DNA of 63,944 nt, filler included, from Reclinomonas americana ATCC 50394 (Eukaryota), in NCBI GenBank assembly GCA_048213135.1. It is 10 parts of 10 records of this genome, joined end to end, with 100 filler letters (N's around TTAATTAATTAA, not from the genome) between each part and the next. Parts side by side here need not be neighbours in the genome. Positions count along the whole stretch, not along the records: positions 55,652 to 62,780 come from AFZH01020820.1; positions 62,881 to 63,944 come from AFZH01020835.1; 8 more parts are not named here. One strand, written 5' to 3'. Position numbers and translations under genes: made by a program. The notes under the pieces were generated by a model, which was not told the origin of the DNA, did no database searches, and worked only from the letters and a program-made list of their open reading frames with translations. Positions 62,288 to 63,944 of this stretch are shown here, piece after piece. How positions within the stretch are numbered: position 1 is the first letter of the stretch; each line of letters opens with the position of its first letter.

Positions 62288-62652
62288 CTACAGCTCCATG
62301 CCGGGTTGTTGTGTGAGGAGCACACCAAAGCGACGCTTGTTGGCCACACGCGCGGCGCTCCATCGATCATCAGGGCTGAAGCGAGCTGCGCGTGTTTCTC
62401 AGTGACATATGGAGGGGAGGCAAAGACAGGGAGGAGACAACGAATGGCGAGACACGCAACCGGGGTGTGCTGACTTGGTGGGTGTGCCATCGGGCGCCAC
62501 TTTCTGCGTGTGCAGGCCATGGACATCACATCAACAACAGACACGCGCACGGGAGAGCGGAGGAGAGGGAGAGAAGTGGAGGGGGAGAGTTAGTTAACCT
62601 TCAGTGTGTAGACGCGTTCGCCTTGCGGCCCCAGATAGTACATCAAGTGCAT
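62288..62652 (-). CDS. NOP10: H/ACA snoRNP subunit NOP10
   Basis: Three exons giving [64 protein letters not shown]. Confidence 0.95.
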
Positions 62653-62990
62653 TTCTCTTTCCGTCTCGCTCTGTCAAAAAATGCAACGAAAGGACCGACG
62701 TCGACGATCGACGGCGAGGTGGCTCTTTTTACCATCGTCGTCTCTAGTTGCTACCTGCCTCCCTGCCTGCCTGCCTGCTTNNNNNNNNNNNNNNNNNNNN
62801 NNNNNNNNNNNNNNNNNNNNNNNNTTAATTAATTAANNNNNNNNNNNNNNNNNNNNNNNNNNNNNNNNNNNNNNNNNNNNAGATCTCTCTCTTCTTCTCT
62901 CTCTCTCTCTCTCTCTCTTCCTTTCCTTCTCTCTCTCTCTTCCTCCTCTCTCTCTCTCCACCAATCTCACCCTTGTATCTCGTTCCACAG

Positions 62991-63598
62991 AGGAAGAGAG
63001 CGCAGACTTGGGCGCCGCAGAGCGGGAACACCGACAAACGGTGCTATTCCTGCTGCTGGATCAGTTGCACGTGCTGGCCATGCGACACGAGGAGATGCGC
63101 GAGTGGAGGGCGCGCGTGTTGAAGCAGCGCCACTGGAATGCGTTTGAGCAGCAGCAGAAGCGGAGATCGGTCGCGGCGGCGGTCGCGGGCAAGAAGGGAC
63201 CGACGTCGACGACTGCTGCTGCTTCGGGGGCGACCACGGCGGCGCCGAGGGGACCGATTCTGATCAAGTCGGTGCAGCATGAGACGACGAGCAGGGAGGT
63301 GGAGGAGATGGCGCCGGCGCGTGGTGGGTCGCGCTCGCAGATGATGATGTTGGAGGACGAGAACCAGCAGCTGCACCATGAGCTCGACTGCTTGCAGGAT
63401 CAAGTCAGGTGTGTGTGCCCTCCCTCGTTCCTCTCTCGCTCTATGCGGCAGCTCACACGCTCGCGCAGGGAAGCGAATCGGAAGATGCAAGAGCTGCACT
63501 CGATGTCCACCTTCCTGAGCGCCAAGGTCGCCGAGCAGGCCGACCTGATTGATGAGATTCATGCCAACGCCATGCACAGCACGGCGAATGTGGATCAG
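62991..63598 (+). CDS. STX18: Syntaxin-18/Ufe1-like Qa-SNARE, internal fragment
   Basis: EHRQTVLFLLLDQL; MMMLEDENQQLHHELDCLQDQVR|EANRKMQELHSMSTFLSAKVAEQADLIDEIH...TANVDQ (Q-SNARE motif). Confidence 0.75.
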
Positions 63599-63689
63599 GT
63601 GAGGGGCGAGGGAGAGAGGGGGGAAGGGAGGGAGAAAGGGAGAAAGGGGAAGTGGGCGGCAACAGTGGAGAAGAGCAAGTGAGAGAGGA

Positions 63690-63944
63690 GCGAGTGAAAG
63701 CGAGTGGGGGAGGTGTGACAGCGAGTGAGGGGAGCGAGGGAGCGATTGGGGGAACGGGTGGCAGCGAGTGCTGGGAGGAGCGAGTGGCAGCGAGTGGGGA
63801 GGGGAGAATGAGTGACAGCGAGTGGGGGGAGACAGCGAGTGTGGAACGAGTGACAGCGAGTGGGGGGAACGAGTGACAGCGAGTGGGGGAACGAGTGACA
63901 GCGAGTGGGGAACGAGTGACAGCGAGTGGGGAAACGGAGAAAAG
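63690..63944 (+). repeat. Purine-rich ~20-24 nt tandem repeat in a syntaxin intron
   Basis: Repeated GAGTGACAGCGAGTGGGG(G)n(AAC) units downstream of the donor at 63599. Confidence 0.8.

Noticed and set aside
1..63944. Alternative genetic code or stop-codon readthrough as the reason for fragmented ORFs
   Set aside because: Fragmentation is explained by short GT-AG introns; TAA (URC fusion), TGA (kinesin, APH-1) and TAG (NOP10) all end conserved proteins at expected positions.
63690..63944. Telomeric repeat at the window end
   Set aside because: The unit is long and irregular and starts just after a splice donor inside an unfinished syntaxin gene.

Overview
Eukaryotic (protist-like) genomic DNA, GC-rich and gene-dense. 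Most genes are split by many short (~55-110 nt) GT-AG introns rich in CA/GT/CT microsatellites. The window is ten contigs joined by artificial 100-nt linkers (N44-TTAATTAATTAA-N44), and at least some are in true scaffold order because genes resume across the gaps. I spliced genes by eye, since the ORF track misses most of them. Housekeeping genes: APH-1, LisH-RasGEF, Mpv17/PMP22, prolyl-tRNA synthetase, kinesin-2, DUS4, tandem CCCH zinc-finger protein, NUDT1/MTH1, TFIIE-alpha, a membrane-anchored S1 protease, TEL2, NOP10 and syntaxin-18. Highlights: (1) Two NLR-like STAND NTPase genes. One is ubiquitin-like-HEPN(RNxxxH)-NACHT-pentapeptide and runs off the left edge. The other is an apparently single giant gene (>2,500 aa) joining NACHT, SH3, ten WH2-like/phospho-motif repeats, 17 symmetric phase-0 exons and a second STAND domain of NB-ARC type. 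(2) A URC1-URC4 fusion built from 5-9 nt microexons. (3) An archaeal/Giardia-type ProRS. (4) Frequent +1-shifted 5' splice sites (GTTGCGT). All family calls come from motif recognition, not database searches.
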